DNA of 64,000 nucleotides, taken from Candidatus Limnocylindrales bacterium. Lineage in GTDB: Bacteria; Patescibacteriota; Microgenomatia; Levybacterales; UBA12049. This document shows positions 35,862 through 45,780 of this stretch, piece by piece. The DNA lies in assembly GCA_035526025.1 (NCBI GenBank), contig DATLDE010000011.1:49374-113373 (forward strand), in the 5' to 3' direction. The notes beneath the pieces were generated by a model. It was not told where the DNA came from, did no database searches, and saw nothing but the letters and a program-made list of their open reading frames with translations. The translations under genes and the position numbers were made by a program. Each line of letters starts with the position of its first letter. Positions within the stretch are counted from its first letter, which is position 1.

Positions 35862-36435
35862 GCCAAATCAAAAGAAAATTTATAGGCTCAATCAAAGAAT
35901 TTTTGCATCCCCTCTAAGAGTTCTAGATGCAGAAGGAACATTAATTGGAGTCCTAACAAAATTTGAAGCACTAAAGCTTGCCCAGGAACAGGAGCTAGAT
36001 CTAGTTGAGATAGCACCAAAAGCAAACCCACCTGTTGCAAAGATAGTTGATTTTAATAAATTTCTTTATCAACAGGAGAAAAAGAAAAAAGAAGAAAAGA
36101 AAAAAGCAAAAACAAGTGAGACCAAGGAAGTTAGACTTGGCCCATTTATGTCTGAGAACGACCTCCAAGTTGTTATCAGAAGGGCCCGGGATTTTCTCGA
36201 AGAAGGACATAAATTAAGGCTTGTTTTGAAATTCAGGGGAAGACAAATAGTCCATCCCGAATTTGGACACAAAATCATAAATAAATTTGTTGAGTCTCTA
36301 AAAGACTTATCAAAAGTTGATAGAGAAGCGCATTTTGAAGGAAAACAACTGGTAGCACTCCTATCAGCTGATAAAGGGGCGCAGGTCAAAAAACCGAGCC
36401 CGCCTGCGAGCGCAAGCGAGACAGGGGAGGAGTAA
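35845..36435 (+). CDS. infC: Translation initiation factor IF-3 (non-ATG start)
   Basis: N..I, LDLVEI...A.PPV.KI.D, KE..., FRGRQ; TTG/ATA start overlapping the thrS end. Confidence 0.95.
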   Translation: MIRKFKPNQKKIYRLNQRIFASPLRVLDAEGTLIGVLTKFEALKLAQEQELDLVEIAPKANPPVAKIVDFNKFLYQQEKKKKEEKKKAKTSETKEVRLGPFMSENDLQVVIRRARDFLEEGHKLRLVLKFRGRQIVHPEFGHKIINKFVESLKDLSKVDREAHFEGKQLVALLSADKGAQVKKPSPPASASETGEE

Positions 36436-36438
36436 AGC

Positions 36439-36651
36439 ATGAAGAAAACGACGAAGACAAAACAAAAAGTTAGAGGATCTGTAAGTAAACGCTTTAAGGT
36501 TACAAAAACCGGCAAAGTGCAATTTGCGCATCAAATGGGAAGTCATAAAAAACTTCACAAGTCAAAAAGCCGCATCAGACGTCAAAAAGAGCCAGGAGAA
36601 CTAACAGGCGCATTTGCAAAAAAAGTAAAACAAATGCTGGGAGTCGCATAA
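36439..36651 (+). CDS. rpmI: 50S ribosomal protein L35
   Basis: KRFKVT.TGK, H, K...R; synteny. Confidence 0.93.
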   Translation: MKKTTKTKQKVRGSVSKRFKVTKTGKVQFAHQMGSHKKLHKSKSRIRRQKEPGELTGAFAKKVKQMLGVA

Positions 36652-36661
36652 AGGAGATATT

Positions 36662-37012
36662 ATGGCAAGAGTAAAAAGAGGAACTATATCACGAAGAAAA
36701 CACGTTAAATTACTTTCCCTTACAAAAGGGTTTAAGGGTACGAAAAGTACACTTATAAAAGAAGCTAAATCAGCTAGTCTTCATGCTGGGCAATACGCAT
36801 ATCACGGAAGAAAAATCAAAAAAGGAGACTTCAGGACACTTTGGATCACAAGAATTGGTGAAGCTGTAAAATTACAAGGCCTTTCATACAGTGTATTTAT
36901 AGATAAACTTAAAAAAGCAAATATTGAACTTGATCGAAAAATATTAAGCAATCTATTGGTTGAGGACCCGGCAGCATTCAAGCACGTTGTTGACTCAGTC
37001 AACAAATCTTAG
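36662..37012 (+). CDS. rplT: 50S ribosomal protein L20
   Basis: MARVKRG, FR.LWI.RI, LDRKILS. Confidence 0.97.
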   Translation: MARVKRGTISRRKHVKLLSLTKGFKGTKSTLIKEAKSASLHAGQYAYHGRKIKKGDFRTLWITRIGEAVKLQGLSYSVFIDKLKKANIELDRKILSNLLVEDPAAFKHVVDSVNKS

Positions 37013-37024
37013 TACGATAAACAT

Positions 37025-37143
37025 ATGATTAACAAGCAAATTTCTTGGAACTTCTATTATTTTACCACCCTTACCGGGATGGTTAAGTAATGGTAAATTA
37101 ACAAAATACCAAAACATAAACCTCCCAGTTGGAGGTTTTTTTT
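37025..37143 (+). promoter_or_regulatory. Aromatic-rich leader peptide (37025-37090, MINKQISWNFYYFTTLTGMVK) and attenuator
   Basis: TTTACCA/TGGTAAA 1:2 stem, GGGATGGTT/AACCTCCC 2:3 pairing, terminator AAACCTCC-CAGTT-GGAGGTTT plus T-run. Confidence 0.72.
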
Positions 37144-37161
37144 ATTGAGAATATAAAACAT

Positions 37162-37536
37162 ATGATAAGAAATGAATTAAAACGAGACACTGTTGAGATA
37201 TGGCAACGAAGAAATTCAGGAACACCTGGGGGCGGAGATGTTATCACAGCTACATTATTTCCGTTGCCTCATGGCGCTGGTGTCCATAAATTTGATACTC
37301 CAACAGGTACTGTAACTGTTGATATGAGATTTGAAAATATAAATCCTGCAAACGAAACACAGCACGCTGTCGTAAAAGGTCCTCACACTGGTGGAAAAAT
37401 CGAGGTAGAGCTTAAAAATGGACGGGGGAGGTCAACGCCCACTCCAGATGTAGAAGTAGTTTGTGATGTATTCAAACTCACAAATGCATTAAAGGCAATG
37501 CACGCGCATGATAGTCGCCCTAGAAAGGGCTGGTAG
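37162..37536 (+). CDS. Hypothetical protein downstream of aromatic leader
   Basis: ORF from MIRNELK; the longer start lies inside the terminator. Confidence 0.6.
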   Translation: MIRNELKRDTVEIWQRRNSGTPGGGDVITATLFPLPHGAGVHKFDTPTGTVTVDMRFENINPANETQHAVVKGPHTGGKIEVELKNGRGRSTPTPDVEVVCDVFKLTNALKAMHAHDSRPRKGW

Positions 37537-37586
37537 CCTAGTAATATATTTGACTAAATTCAAATAGTTTGATATACTATATTCAG

Positions 37587-37693
37587 ATGAAGAACCTAAC
37601 AAAAATAAATGCATTCTTTTTTGCCTTTGCGTAAGCGGAGGTAGTTTTTGCGTTAAAAAAACTAACTAACCTCCGAAAAGCGGAGGTTTTTTT
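37587..37693 (+). promoter_or_regulatory. Phe-rich leader peptide (37587-37634, MKNLTKINAFFFAFA) and attenuator
   Basis: TGCCTTTGC/GCGGAGGTA 1:2, CGGAGGT/ACCTCCG 2:3, terminator AACCTCCG-AAAAG-CGGAGGTT plus T-run; promoter TTGACT(37550) with -10 TATACT. Confidence 0.85.
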
Positions 37694-37707
37694 ATGGAGA
37701 AAATTAT

Positions 37708-38931
37708 ATGACAAGAGCTGAAACAGCAACACAACCACCGAGTGATGTTTTGAGAAAAACTGAGGGTAGTCCTCTGCGTACTTATGCATATCTTAAGCCA
37801 AATGGTAACTTTACTCACTTGGCAGCTTTAGAATTGATAAAGCGACCTCAGCATGAATCTGCTATTCTAATTGGTGAAAGCGGAATCGATAATCTATTTG
37901 GATCAATTATATCTGGGCGTACATCACACGCGCTTATTCCCATTGAAAACTCCACTGAAGGACCTGTACCAAAGTCTCACGCTAATCTTTTTGAACATGA
38001 TGTTACCATAGTAGGCGAAATGAATATGCCTATAATTCCGTCTATTTATTATCAAGATAAAACCACGGTTAAAAAAGTCGCATCAAAAGACTCAGCTCTA
38101 GGACAGTGCAAGCAACACATCAGAAAGCATTTTGGAAGCGATGTAGAATTAATTGAAATGGAAAGCACAGGGGATGCTGTTGCGCTTGCAGCAAAAGATC
38201 CAACCGTAGCAGCTATAGGAAGTTCGATATCAGCCAGGGAACAAGGTATAGATAATTTGCATCAAATAGATAACTTTAATGACAAAGACTTAAACGCGAC
38301 AACATTCGCATTAGTTCAAAAGGGTGGCGAGCTTCCTTCACCCACAGGAGATGATAAAACAACTTTTATAATGACGATTGAGGACTCAAAAGGAAAATTG
38401 GTAGATGCTCTAGATGTGCTCGCAAAAAAAGGAGTAGATCTGAATAAAATTAAATCAATAAATAAAACTCTTGATACCGTAAGCTTCTTAGTTTCGGCAG
38501 ATGGACATGTTGATGATGAAGGCCCGACTGGCGCAGCGCTAATGGCTCTTGCCGAATCAGGTGTTATTGTAAAAAAACTTGGATCTTATCCAAAAGATGA
38601 TTACGCACCTCCTGAAAATAATGAAGATTATGATTTTGACGCAGCTATTGAGCGAATACAAAATGAAGCCAAAAACGGTGATGAAATGGATAAGAATAAA
38701 ACAATTGTTGTATTCACCCTACAAGATAAGCCAGGAGCACTTTTGGGTGCTTTAAAACCATTTGCTGACGAAGGAGTGAATTTAACCAAAATTGACTCAC
38801 AACCAAGCGGTATTCCAAATGAACATATTTTTTATCTTGCGTTTGATAATCAAACACCTCGTGCCGATGAGCTTATTACAGAATTAGGCAAACACTGTCA
38901 TCATGTTGCAAAATTGCAGCGTGCAGCATAA
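37708..38931 (+). CDS. pheA: Prephenate dehydratase-like protein with two ACT domains
   Basis: YL.P.G.FTH.AA, PIENSTEG, ALGQC, ST..A, N.TTF; ACT1 ending LGSYP, ACT2 D.PGAL...L..F...VNLTKIDSQP. Confidence 0.75.
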   Translation: MTRAETATQPPSDVLRKTEGSPLRTYAYLKPNGNFTHLAALELIKRPQHESAILIGESGIDNLFGSIISGRTSHALIPIENSTEGPVPKSHANLFEHDVTIVGEMNMPIIPSIYYQDKTTVKKVASKDSALGQCKQHIRKHFGSDVELIEMESTGDAVALAAKDPTVAAIGSSISAREQGIDNLHQIDNFNDKDLNATTFALVQKGGELPSPTGDDKTTFIMTIEDSKGKLVDALDVLAKKGVDLNKIKSINKTLDTVSFLVSADGHVDDEGPTGAALMALAESGVIVKKLGSYPKDDYAPPENNEDYDFDAAIERIQNEAKNGDEMDKNKTIVVFTLQDKPGALLGALKPFADEGVNLTKIDSQPSGIPNEHIFYLAFDNQTPRADELITELGKHCHHVAKLQRAA

Positions 38932-38961
38932 AAATAATACCTTCTATGATACAATTAATTT

Positions 38962-39993
38962 ATGGAATATGAACTTCTTACAATCAAGAATAACGCTATC
39001 TCACTTATTCTTGACGCAAAAGAAAGAAAAGAACTTGAAGAAATAAAACTGCAGTTCCTTGGACGAAGCGGAGAACTCACCCAAGCCTTAAAAGGGTTAA
39101 AAAATCTATCAGTAGATGACAAGCCAAAAGTAGGCAAGATTGCGAATGAAGTAAAAAATATAATTGAGGATGCTATAAAACAGAAGCAAACTGAGCTCGT
39201 ACATCCAAAAAAAGCCACCCAAAAAATTGATACATCAGAGCCTGGAATTACTCCGGAAATAGGACACCTACATCCAATGACTCTTACTCTTTTTGAAATG
39301 GTCGAGATATTTAAAAAAATTGGTTTTCAGGCAGCTGATGGACCTGATATAGAAACAGATCATTATAATTTCGAAATCTTAAACATTCCCAAAAATCACC
39401 CGGCCCGTGATACCCAACAATCACTTTACCTCGATACAAGAAATTCAAAGACAAATCCTGGTGAAATTTTACTTCGTACACACGGCTCAAACATGCAGGG
39501 AAGAATTATGGAAAAAACAAAACCACCTATAAGAGCAATTTATCCAGGAAAAGCATTTCGATATGAACAAGTTGATGCATCACACGGATTTGAATTTTGG
39601 CAACTGGAGGGACTTGCAATCGGAACTGATATCACCATGACAAATTTATTTGGAACAATGTCATACATTGTCAAAGAGTTTTTTGGGAAAGATACAAAAG
39701 TAAAATTTGTATGCCACAATTTTCCATTTGTTGAACCGGGAGCAGAAGCTTACATGAGTTGCACTGTTTGCAAAGGCAAAGGATGTAGTTTTTGCAAACA
39801 TTCAGGCTGGGTTGAAATTCTAGGGTGCGGGATGATACATCCAAAAGTTTTAAAAGCTGTTGGATATGATTCTCAAAAATATTCAGGCTTTGCATGGGGT
39901 ATGGGACTATCACGTATGGTAACACTTCGCTACATGATGGATGATCTTAGGCTCTTGACCAATCCTGATATGCGAATATTGGAACAATTTTAA
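38962..39993 (+). CDS. pheS: Phenylalanine--tRNA ligase alpha subunit
   Basis: G.LHP, HPARD, LLRTH, FPFVEP, GFAWG.G. Confidence 0.97.
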   Translation: MEYELLTIKNNAISLILDAKERKELEEIKLQFLGRSGELTQALKGLKNLSVDDKPKVGKIANEVKNIIEDAIKQKQTELVHPKKATQKIDTSEPGITPEIGHLHPMTLTLFEMVEIFKKIGFQAADGPDIETDHYNFEILNIPKNHPARDTQQSLYLDTRNSKTNPGEILLRTHGSNMQGRIMEKTKPPIRAIYPGKAFRYEQVDASHGFEFWQLEGLAIGTDITMTNLFGTMSYIVKEFFGKDTKVKFVCHNFPFVEPGAEAYMSCTVCKGKGCSFCKHSGWVEILGCGMIHPKVLKAVGYDSQKYSGFAWGMGLSRMVTLRYMMDDLRLLTNPDMRILEQF

Positions 39994-39995
39994 TT

Positions 39996-41885
39996 ATGCT
40001 TGCACCATTATCCTGGCTTAAAGATTACGTAAATATAAAAAGTAATATAAAATCACTTACTGAGCGATTGGGTGAGGTAGGACTTGGTACTGAAGAAATG
40101 ACCAAAACCTCAGATGGCGACACAATTCTTGATCTTGAGATCACTCCAAACAGACCTGATTTGCTTTCAATTATCGGAATTGCCAGAGAAGTTGCAGCTG
40201 TTGAAAATACAAAGATAAAGTATCCGGACTTGAAGACTGATCTTAACCCCAAAAAAAATGCAGATATTCTACCTCTTAAAATACATCCTAACTACGAAGT
40301 TACACCCAGACTTACTGGAATAGTTATAAATAACGTAACTGTTAAAGAATCACCTGATTGGTTAAAAGAAAAACTTAAAAAACTTGGACAACGCCCTATT
40401 AATAATATAGTTGACATCACAAATTTTGTGATGTATGAGCTGGGTAATCCTATTCATTCTTTTGATTACCATAAAATTGCAGGTCATGAAATTTACGTAC
40501 AACAGTCAAAAGGTGGTGAAAAATTTGAAAGTGTTGATGAAATTGTATATCACCTACCCAAAGACGCGATAATTTTTGAGGACACAGAAAAAATATTTGA
40601 TTTAGTCGGCATAAAAGGAGGGAAAAATAGCGGAACTTACAATGACACAAAAGCTGTATTTATAGCAGTCGAAGTCGATGATCCTGTCCTTATTAGAAAA
40701 GCATCCCAAGCACTGAGCCTCCGATCTGATGCAAGCGCTATATTTGAGCGAAACGTAAACAGAGGCGGAACAATTGATGCGCTAAAAAGAACTGTTGATT
40801 TAATTTTAGAATGCGCTGGTGGTGAAATCGCGAGCGAATTATATGATCTTAAAAAAGACAATTTTGAACCCTGGAAACTATCCTTACGAATTGAGAGATT
40901 AAATAAGTTATTAGGAATTGAAATTTCAGAAAAGAATGTACTGGAAATACTCGAATCACTCAATTTATCTCCAAAGCTTAGTAGTGAAAAAGTAGAATGT
41001 ATAATACCTACTTACAGAAATGATTTACAGATTGAGGAAGATCTAATTGAGGAGGTTGCACGTATTTACGGGTATAGTAAATTCCCGCAAATTCTACCAA
41101 GTGGTGAGATTCCAATAGATGAAGTCCCATATTTTAAAGATTACAAAATCGATGAAAAGGTAAAAGGACTTCTGGCTGCTGCAGGATTTTCTGAAATATA
41201 TACATATGGTTTAGTTAGTGAAAAAGATCTACATAATCACGGAGTAAGTTCTGAAAAAACACTTAGAGTAGATACTCCAGTCAGTCGGGAATATGAATAT
41301 CTTAGGCCAAATCTTTTGATCAATTTAAAAAAAGCGCTTTATCAGAACAGACTTATATCTGCAAAAATAAATTTGTTTGAGCTGGGAAAGGTTTATAATG
41401 GTAAAAAAATAGATGAAGCCTCTGAGAAATACAGTCTTGCCGGGATAACCAATAGCAAAAGTTTCCTAGAGGTAAAAGGAATATTGGAAAGAGTCTATAA
41501 AAATTTGAACATCAACGAGGATCCAACTGAGTATATCGAGTTCATCGATGAGGGAGTATACTTTGAACTTGATTATTCATCTTTACTGGAAAAAACCAAT
41601 CAAACAAAATTATTTATTCCTGTCCCCAAATTTCCACCAATATTTGAAGATATGTCATTTATCGCATCAGAAAACGTGTTAATCGGGGACATAATTAAGA
41701 CTATGAAGTCTCAAAGCACTCTTATTTCAGAAGTCACAGTGCTGGATAAATATAGAGATACCAGAACATTTCATATAATTTATCAAAGTCGCGAAAGGAA
41801 TTTAAAAACAGAAGAAATCATTGAGATTAGAAATAAAATCATAAAAGCCCTAAATGAAAAGCATAACGCTAGACTAAAAGAATAA
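39996..41885 (+). CDS. pheT: Phenylalanine--tRNA ligase beta subunit (short, lacking OB tRNA-binding insert)
   Basis: TPNRPD.LS..GIARE, INNIVDITN, DLIEEVARIYGY, FDX-ACB tail. Confidence 0.95.
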   Translation: MLAPLSWLKDYVNIKSNIKSLTERLGEVGLGTEEMTKTSDGDTILDLEITPNRPDLLSIIGIAREVAAVENTKIKYPDLKTDLNPKKNADILPLKIHPNYEVTPRLTGIVINNVTVKESPDWLKEKLKKLGQRPINNIVDITNFVMYELGNPIHSFDYHKIAGHEIYVQQSKGGEKFESVDEIVYHLPKDAIIFEDTEKIFDLVGIKGGKNSGTYNDTKAVFIAVEVDDPVLIRKASQALSLRSDASAIFERNVNRGGTIDALKRTVDLILECAGGEIASELYDLKKDNFEPWKLSLRIERLNKLLGIEISEKNVLEILESLNLSPKLSSEKVECIIPTYRNDLQIEEDLIEEVARIYGYSKFPQILPSGEIPIDEVPYFKDYKIDEKVKGLLAAAGFSEIYTYGLVSEKDLHNHGVSSEKTLRVDTPVSREYEYLRPNLLINLKKALYQNRLISAKINLFELGKVYNGKKIDEASEKYSLAGITNSKSFLEVKGILERVYKNLNINEDPTEYIEFIDEGVYFELDYSSLLEKTNQTKLFIPVPKFPPIFEDMSFIASENVLIGDIIKTMKSQSTLISEVTVLDKYRDTRTFHIIYQSRERNLKTEEIIEIRNKIIKALNEKHNARLKE

Positions 41886-42155
41886 ATGAATAAGGTAGAC
41901 ACTCTTAATGCTGAGATTGATAAATTAAGAGAACGAAATAAGAAAGTTGATAGAAATAAGGCTTGGGAAATAAGTTCTACAAGAAAACTCCTAATAATAA
42001 TTCTAACTTACATAGTCGCGGTCATCACTCTAATTACCATAGATAATCCCTCACCCTTTGAAAATGCTATTATTCCTTCCATCGGATTCTTTCTATCAAC
42101 ATTGACTCTTCCGCTCGCTCGAAAACTTTGGGAGAAAAAAATTTATAAAAAATAG
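41886..42155 (+). CDS. Small conserved membrane protein
   Basis: ERN.KV...KAWE.S..R, NA.IP..GF.LSTL.L. Confidence 0.65.
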   Translation: MNKVDTLNAEIDKLRERNKKVDRNKAWEISSTRKLLIIILTYIVAVITLITIDNPSPFENAIIPSIGFFLSTLTLPLARKLWEKKIYKK

Positions 42156-42157
42156 AC

Positions 42158-44476
42158 TTATGGAGCGGTGGACGGAGTCGGGGATGTGTCTGCTCCACTT
42201 ACCGCGGGGACAGCAGTTGGCGCGGGTTCATCTTTCTTTTCCTCTTGATTTGGATTTTTCACCTCATCTGGGGGATTGTACATCTTATCATCCTTTTTAA
42301 ACTGCGCTATCCACTCGTCAATTCCTTTTTGCCATCTATTTTGACCATCACTTGATACGGGATCATCTTCTTTAAATACAAAGTACTCTTGTCCATCTTT
42401 GCTTTTATATATTGGTGATTCGCCTGTTGGCTCAGTACCTTTTACAAAATATTCAGATCGCGTTGGAATACTTCCATGGGGAAGACCGCCTCCCAAACTA
42501 TCGATTTGAAGCGCTATGACGTTATCCGGCTTTTGTGGGATTTCATCTGCTTTGTCCTTAAGAACTTCTTTCATGATTTTGTTCCAGATTGGACTTGCTC
42601 CAGTAATACCACTGGCGATTGCTTGATTCATCGGAGTGTTATCATTATTTCCTACCCAGACACCAACAACAAAAGACGGAGTATATCCAATAGTCCAGTT
42701 GTCGCGTTTGTCATCAGTAGTTCCTGTTTTTACAGAAACTGTCTTCCCGGGAATATTAAGTGTTGAATTTGGGCCAAAAGCCTGTTTCCTTGCATTATTA
42801 TCCAGAAGAATATGAGAAATAATAAAAGATACTTCCTCTGACAACGCTTTTTTCCCTTCGGTTTTTTGACGCTCATATAGAACTTTTCCTTTGATATCTG
42901 TGACTTTGAGAATGGTCACAGGGTCATGTTTTATACCTTTATTGGCGAAAACACCGTAAGCTGTTACTTCGTCAATGAGAGAGGTCTCACGCCCTCCGAG
43001 AACTAGAGATAGTCCAACACCTGCTCGATTTTTGGCCGTTGGTTCCCAGTTATTTATTCCCATCTCATAAGCTTTTCGCAGGACTGGAGTTATCCCAACT
43101 TTAGCCAACATTTTAACAGCCGGAATATTGTATGAATTTCCTAAAGCAAATCTTACTTGAGTTGGTCCTCTAAATACTCCGTCATAATTCACTGGAGTAT
43201 ATATGGGGGGATTTCCACTTGAGGGGAATTCGGTTCTGGTATCCATTAAAAGAGTTGAGGCAGTATATCCACTTTCTAGTGCCGCTGCATATACGATTGG
43301 CTTCATCGAAGATCCGGGCTGTCTGGTATTATGAACTGCAACATTATAATTTCCTTCATTTTCACGATCAAAATAATCTTTGCTTCCGACCATTGCGAGC
43401 ACTTCACCAGTTTTCGGGTCTGACACAATAGCAGCGCCATTTCCAACTTTATAAGTTTTAAGTTCATCAACTTCATCTTTAACTATTTTCTCAGCTTTTT
43501 CCTGCAATGCATAATCCAGGGACGTGGTCACCTGAAGTCCGCCGGTTGTGACAGCTTGTTCCCCAAATTGTGCTGCCAACTTTTCTCTTACATACATAAC
43601 AAAATGCGCTGCTTTTATAGCCTCATCGCGTTCTGAGAATTTATAATTTTTAATTTCAGCAAGTGCTTTGACTGATTCCTTCTTTGTTATATATTTATTT
43701 GAAACCATTTGCTTCAGAACAGCTTCTGTTCTCCCAATGTAGGATTTTCCACCATTAAAAGGCGCATACCGGCTTGGGCTCTGTGGTAATCCCGCTAGAA
43801 AAGCCGACTCTGCAAGATTCATTTCATTTGCTTTTTTACCAAAATATTGTTGACTTGCAGCCTCCACACCGACCGCTGTCCCTCCATATGGAATGTTATT
43901 TAAATACATCTCCAGGATTTCAGGTTTCTTATATTTTCTATTTACCTGAATTGCAAGTATCAGCTCTTTTATTTTTCTGGGAAGACTTCTTTCGTTTGAT
44001 AACAATACATTTTTTACAAGTTGCTGGGTAATCGTTGACCCCCCGGCAAGTCCTTTCCCACGCGCAGCATTCCAGGCAACTCTCACATACGCAATCGGTG
44101 AGAATCCGTTATTTTTATAAAAATCCTTGTCTTCAATCGAAATAGTTGCTTCCTGAAGCTTGATAGGTATCTTGGATAATGATACATAGGATCTATTTTC
44201 ATCCTGATACACAGAGTACAGTAATTCACCTTTTCTGTCAGTTATGCGGGTCGCATCTTTATATTTGGATGTGACCAATTTTCCAGGAGTAGGCAAATCC
44301 CTGGAGAACCATAAAAACATAAGCGGAATCGCTACTATAAAGGCAATCAACCCATAAAGCGCTATTCTCAGTAGCTTGTTATAAGTTAATAGCTTTGAAG
44401 TATTTACTGTTCTTAATGTTCTTCTTCGGGCGAGTCTGCTACGACGATTTCGATAATCCATAGAGGGTTGATACAT
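42158..44476 (-). CDS. Class A penicillin-binding protein (PBP1A family)
   Basis: EDKDFY, GGSTITQQL, RKIKE; SSMK, SYN, KTGT. Confidence 0.95.
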   Translation of the reverse strand: MYQPSMDYRNRRSRLARRRTLRTVNTSKLLTYNKLLRIALYGLIAFIVAIPLMFLWFSRDLPTPGKLVTSKYKDATRITDRKGELLYSVYQDENRSYVSLSKIPIKLQEATISIEDKDFYKNNGFSPIAYVRVAWNAARGKGLAGGSTITQQLVKNVLLSNERSLPRKIKELILAIQVNRKYKKPEILEMYLNNIPYGGTAVGVEAASQQYFGKKANEMNLAESAFLAGLPQSPSRYAPFNGGKSYIGRTEAVLKQMVSNKYITKKESVKALAEIKNYKFSERDEAIKAAHFVMYVREKLAAQFGEQAVTTGGLQVTTSLDYALQEKAEKIVKDEVDELKTYKVGNGAAIVSDPKTGEVLAMVGSKDYFDRENEGNYNVAVHNTRQPGSSMKPIVYAAALESGYTASTLLMDTRTEFPSSGNPPIYTPVNYDGVFRGPTQVRFALGNSYNIPAVKMLAKVGITPVLRKAYEMGINNWEPTAKNRAGVGLSLVLGGRETSLIDEVTAYGVFANKGIKHDPVTILKVTDIKGKVLYERQKTEGKKALSEEVSFIISHILLDNNARKQAFGPNSTLNIPGKTVSVKTGTTDDKRDNWTIGYTPSFVVGVWVGNNDNTPMNQAIASGITGASPIWNKIMKEVLKDKADEIPQKPDNVIALQIDSLGGGLPHGSIPTRSEYFVKGTEPTGESPIYKSKDGQEYFVFKEDDPVSSDGQNRWQKGIDEWIAQFKKDDKMYNPPDEVKNPNQEEKKDEPAPTAVPAVSGADTSPTPSTAP

Positions 44477-44557
44477 TATAGCAAATTATCGACAAGTATG
44501 TGGGGCTGCACACCTGGCCTTAATATTGGTAAAACCATATGTTATACTGTAAATAAC

Positions 44558-45763
44558 ATGGACAAAATTGAAGAATTACTTACACGAGGAGTGGATAAAA
44601 TATATCCCTCAAAAGTTGAACTTGAAAAAGTACTGAAAAGTGGCAAAAAATTACGTCTCTATCAAGGGTTTGACCCAACTGGAACGCAGCTTCACATAGG
44701 ACATATGGTTGGATTTAGAAAACTTAGACAGTGGCAAGATCTGGGCCATCATGTTATATTTTTGATAGGAGACGGCACAGGACAAGCAGGTGACCCCTCA
44801 GGCAAAACAAAATCACGAGATAAGTTCATGAACCGCGATGAACTACGATCAAATGCAAGAAATTATGTTATGCAGGCCAAAAAAATTGTTAGATTTGACG
44901 GAGATAATCCCGTAGAGATTCTCTATAACGGTGACTGGCTCAACAAACTAGCTCTGGTAGATATTTTAAACATAGCAGGCAATTTTTCACTCCAACAACT
45001 TTCAGAACGGGACCTTTTTCAGGAAAGAATGAAAAAAGGAGAAACTGTAAATATGCGTGAATTTCTTTACCCATTACTTCAGGGATATGACTCTGTTGCC
45101 ATGAAGGTTGATCTTGAACTGGGAGGATCTGACCAGACTTTTAATATGCTTTGTGGAAGAACTCTTGTAAAATCTATGCTTGATAAAGAAAAATTTGTCA
45201 TGACCACGCCGCTCCTAACTGATTCAGACGGACGAAAAATCGGAAAAACAGAGGGAAATGTCATAGGGATAACAGATGAACCAAATGAGTTATTCGGAAA
45301 AATAATGGGCTTATCTGATGATGTTATCGTTAAAGCATTTGAGTACCTAACAGACCTTCCAATTGAGGAAATCAGTATTATCAACAAAAAAATTACTGAC
45401 GGAGAAAATCCTATGCAATTCAAAAAACAGCTGGCTTTTGAACTGGTGAAACAATTAAATGATAAAGATGAAGCAATAAAATCTCAAGAAAATTTTGAAA
45501 AGACAGTACAAGACAAAGAGACTCCCTCAGAAATATCTACTGTCTCAGTACAAAAAGCCCAAAGTATTTTAGACGTTTTAATTCATACTGGACTAGCGCT
45601 TAGTAAATCCGATGCGAAAAGACTTGTGGAACAGGGAGCTGTTGAGATTAATAATAAACGGATTACGGATGGATATATACTAATTGAAAAACTTGCAAAA
45701 AGCGATGAGACACTAATTCAGGTAGGAAAAAGAAGATTTATTAAGGTGAAGATTGAAAAATAA
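44558..45763 (+). CDS. tyrS: Tyrosine--tRNA ligase
   Basis: GFDPT..LHIGH, YPLLQGYD, GG.DQ.FN, KIGKT, S4 domain. Confidence 0.97.
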   Translation: MDKIEELLTRGVDKIYPSKVELEKVLKSGKKLRLYQGFDPTGTQLHIGHMVGFRKLRQWQDLGHHVIFLIGDGTGQAGDPSGKTKSRDKFMNRDELRSNARNYVMQAKKIVRFDGDNPVEILYNGDWLNKLALVDILNIAGNFSLQQLSERDLFQERMKKGETVNMREFLYPLLQGYDSVAMKVDLELGGSDQTFNMLCGRTLVKSMLDKEKFVMTTPLLTDSDGRKIGKTEGNVIGITDEPNELFGKIMGLSDDVIVKAFEYLTDLPIEEISIINKKITDGENPMQFKKQLAFELVKQLNDKDEAIKSQENFEKTVQDKETPSEISTVSVQKAQSILDVLIHTGLALSKSDAKRLVEQGAVEINNKRITDGYILIEKLAKSDETLIQVGKRRFIKVKIEK

Positions 45764-45780
45764 TTTGCTATAATAAATAT

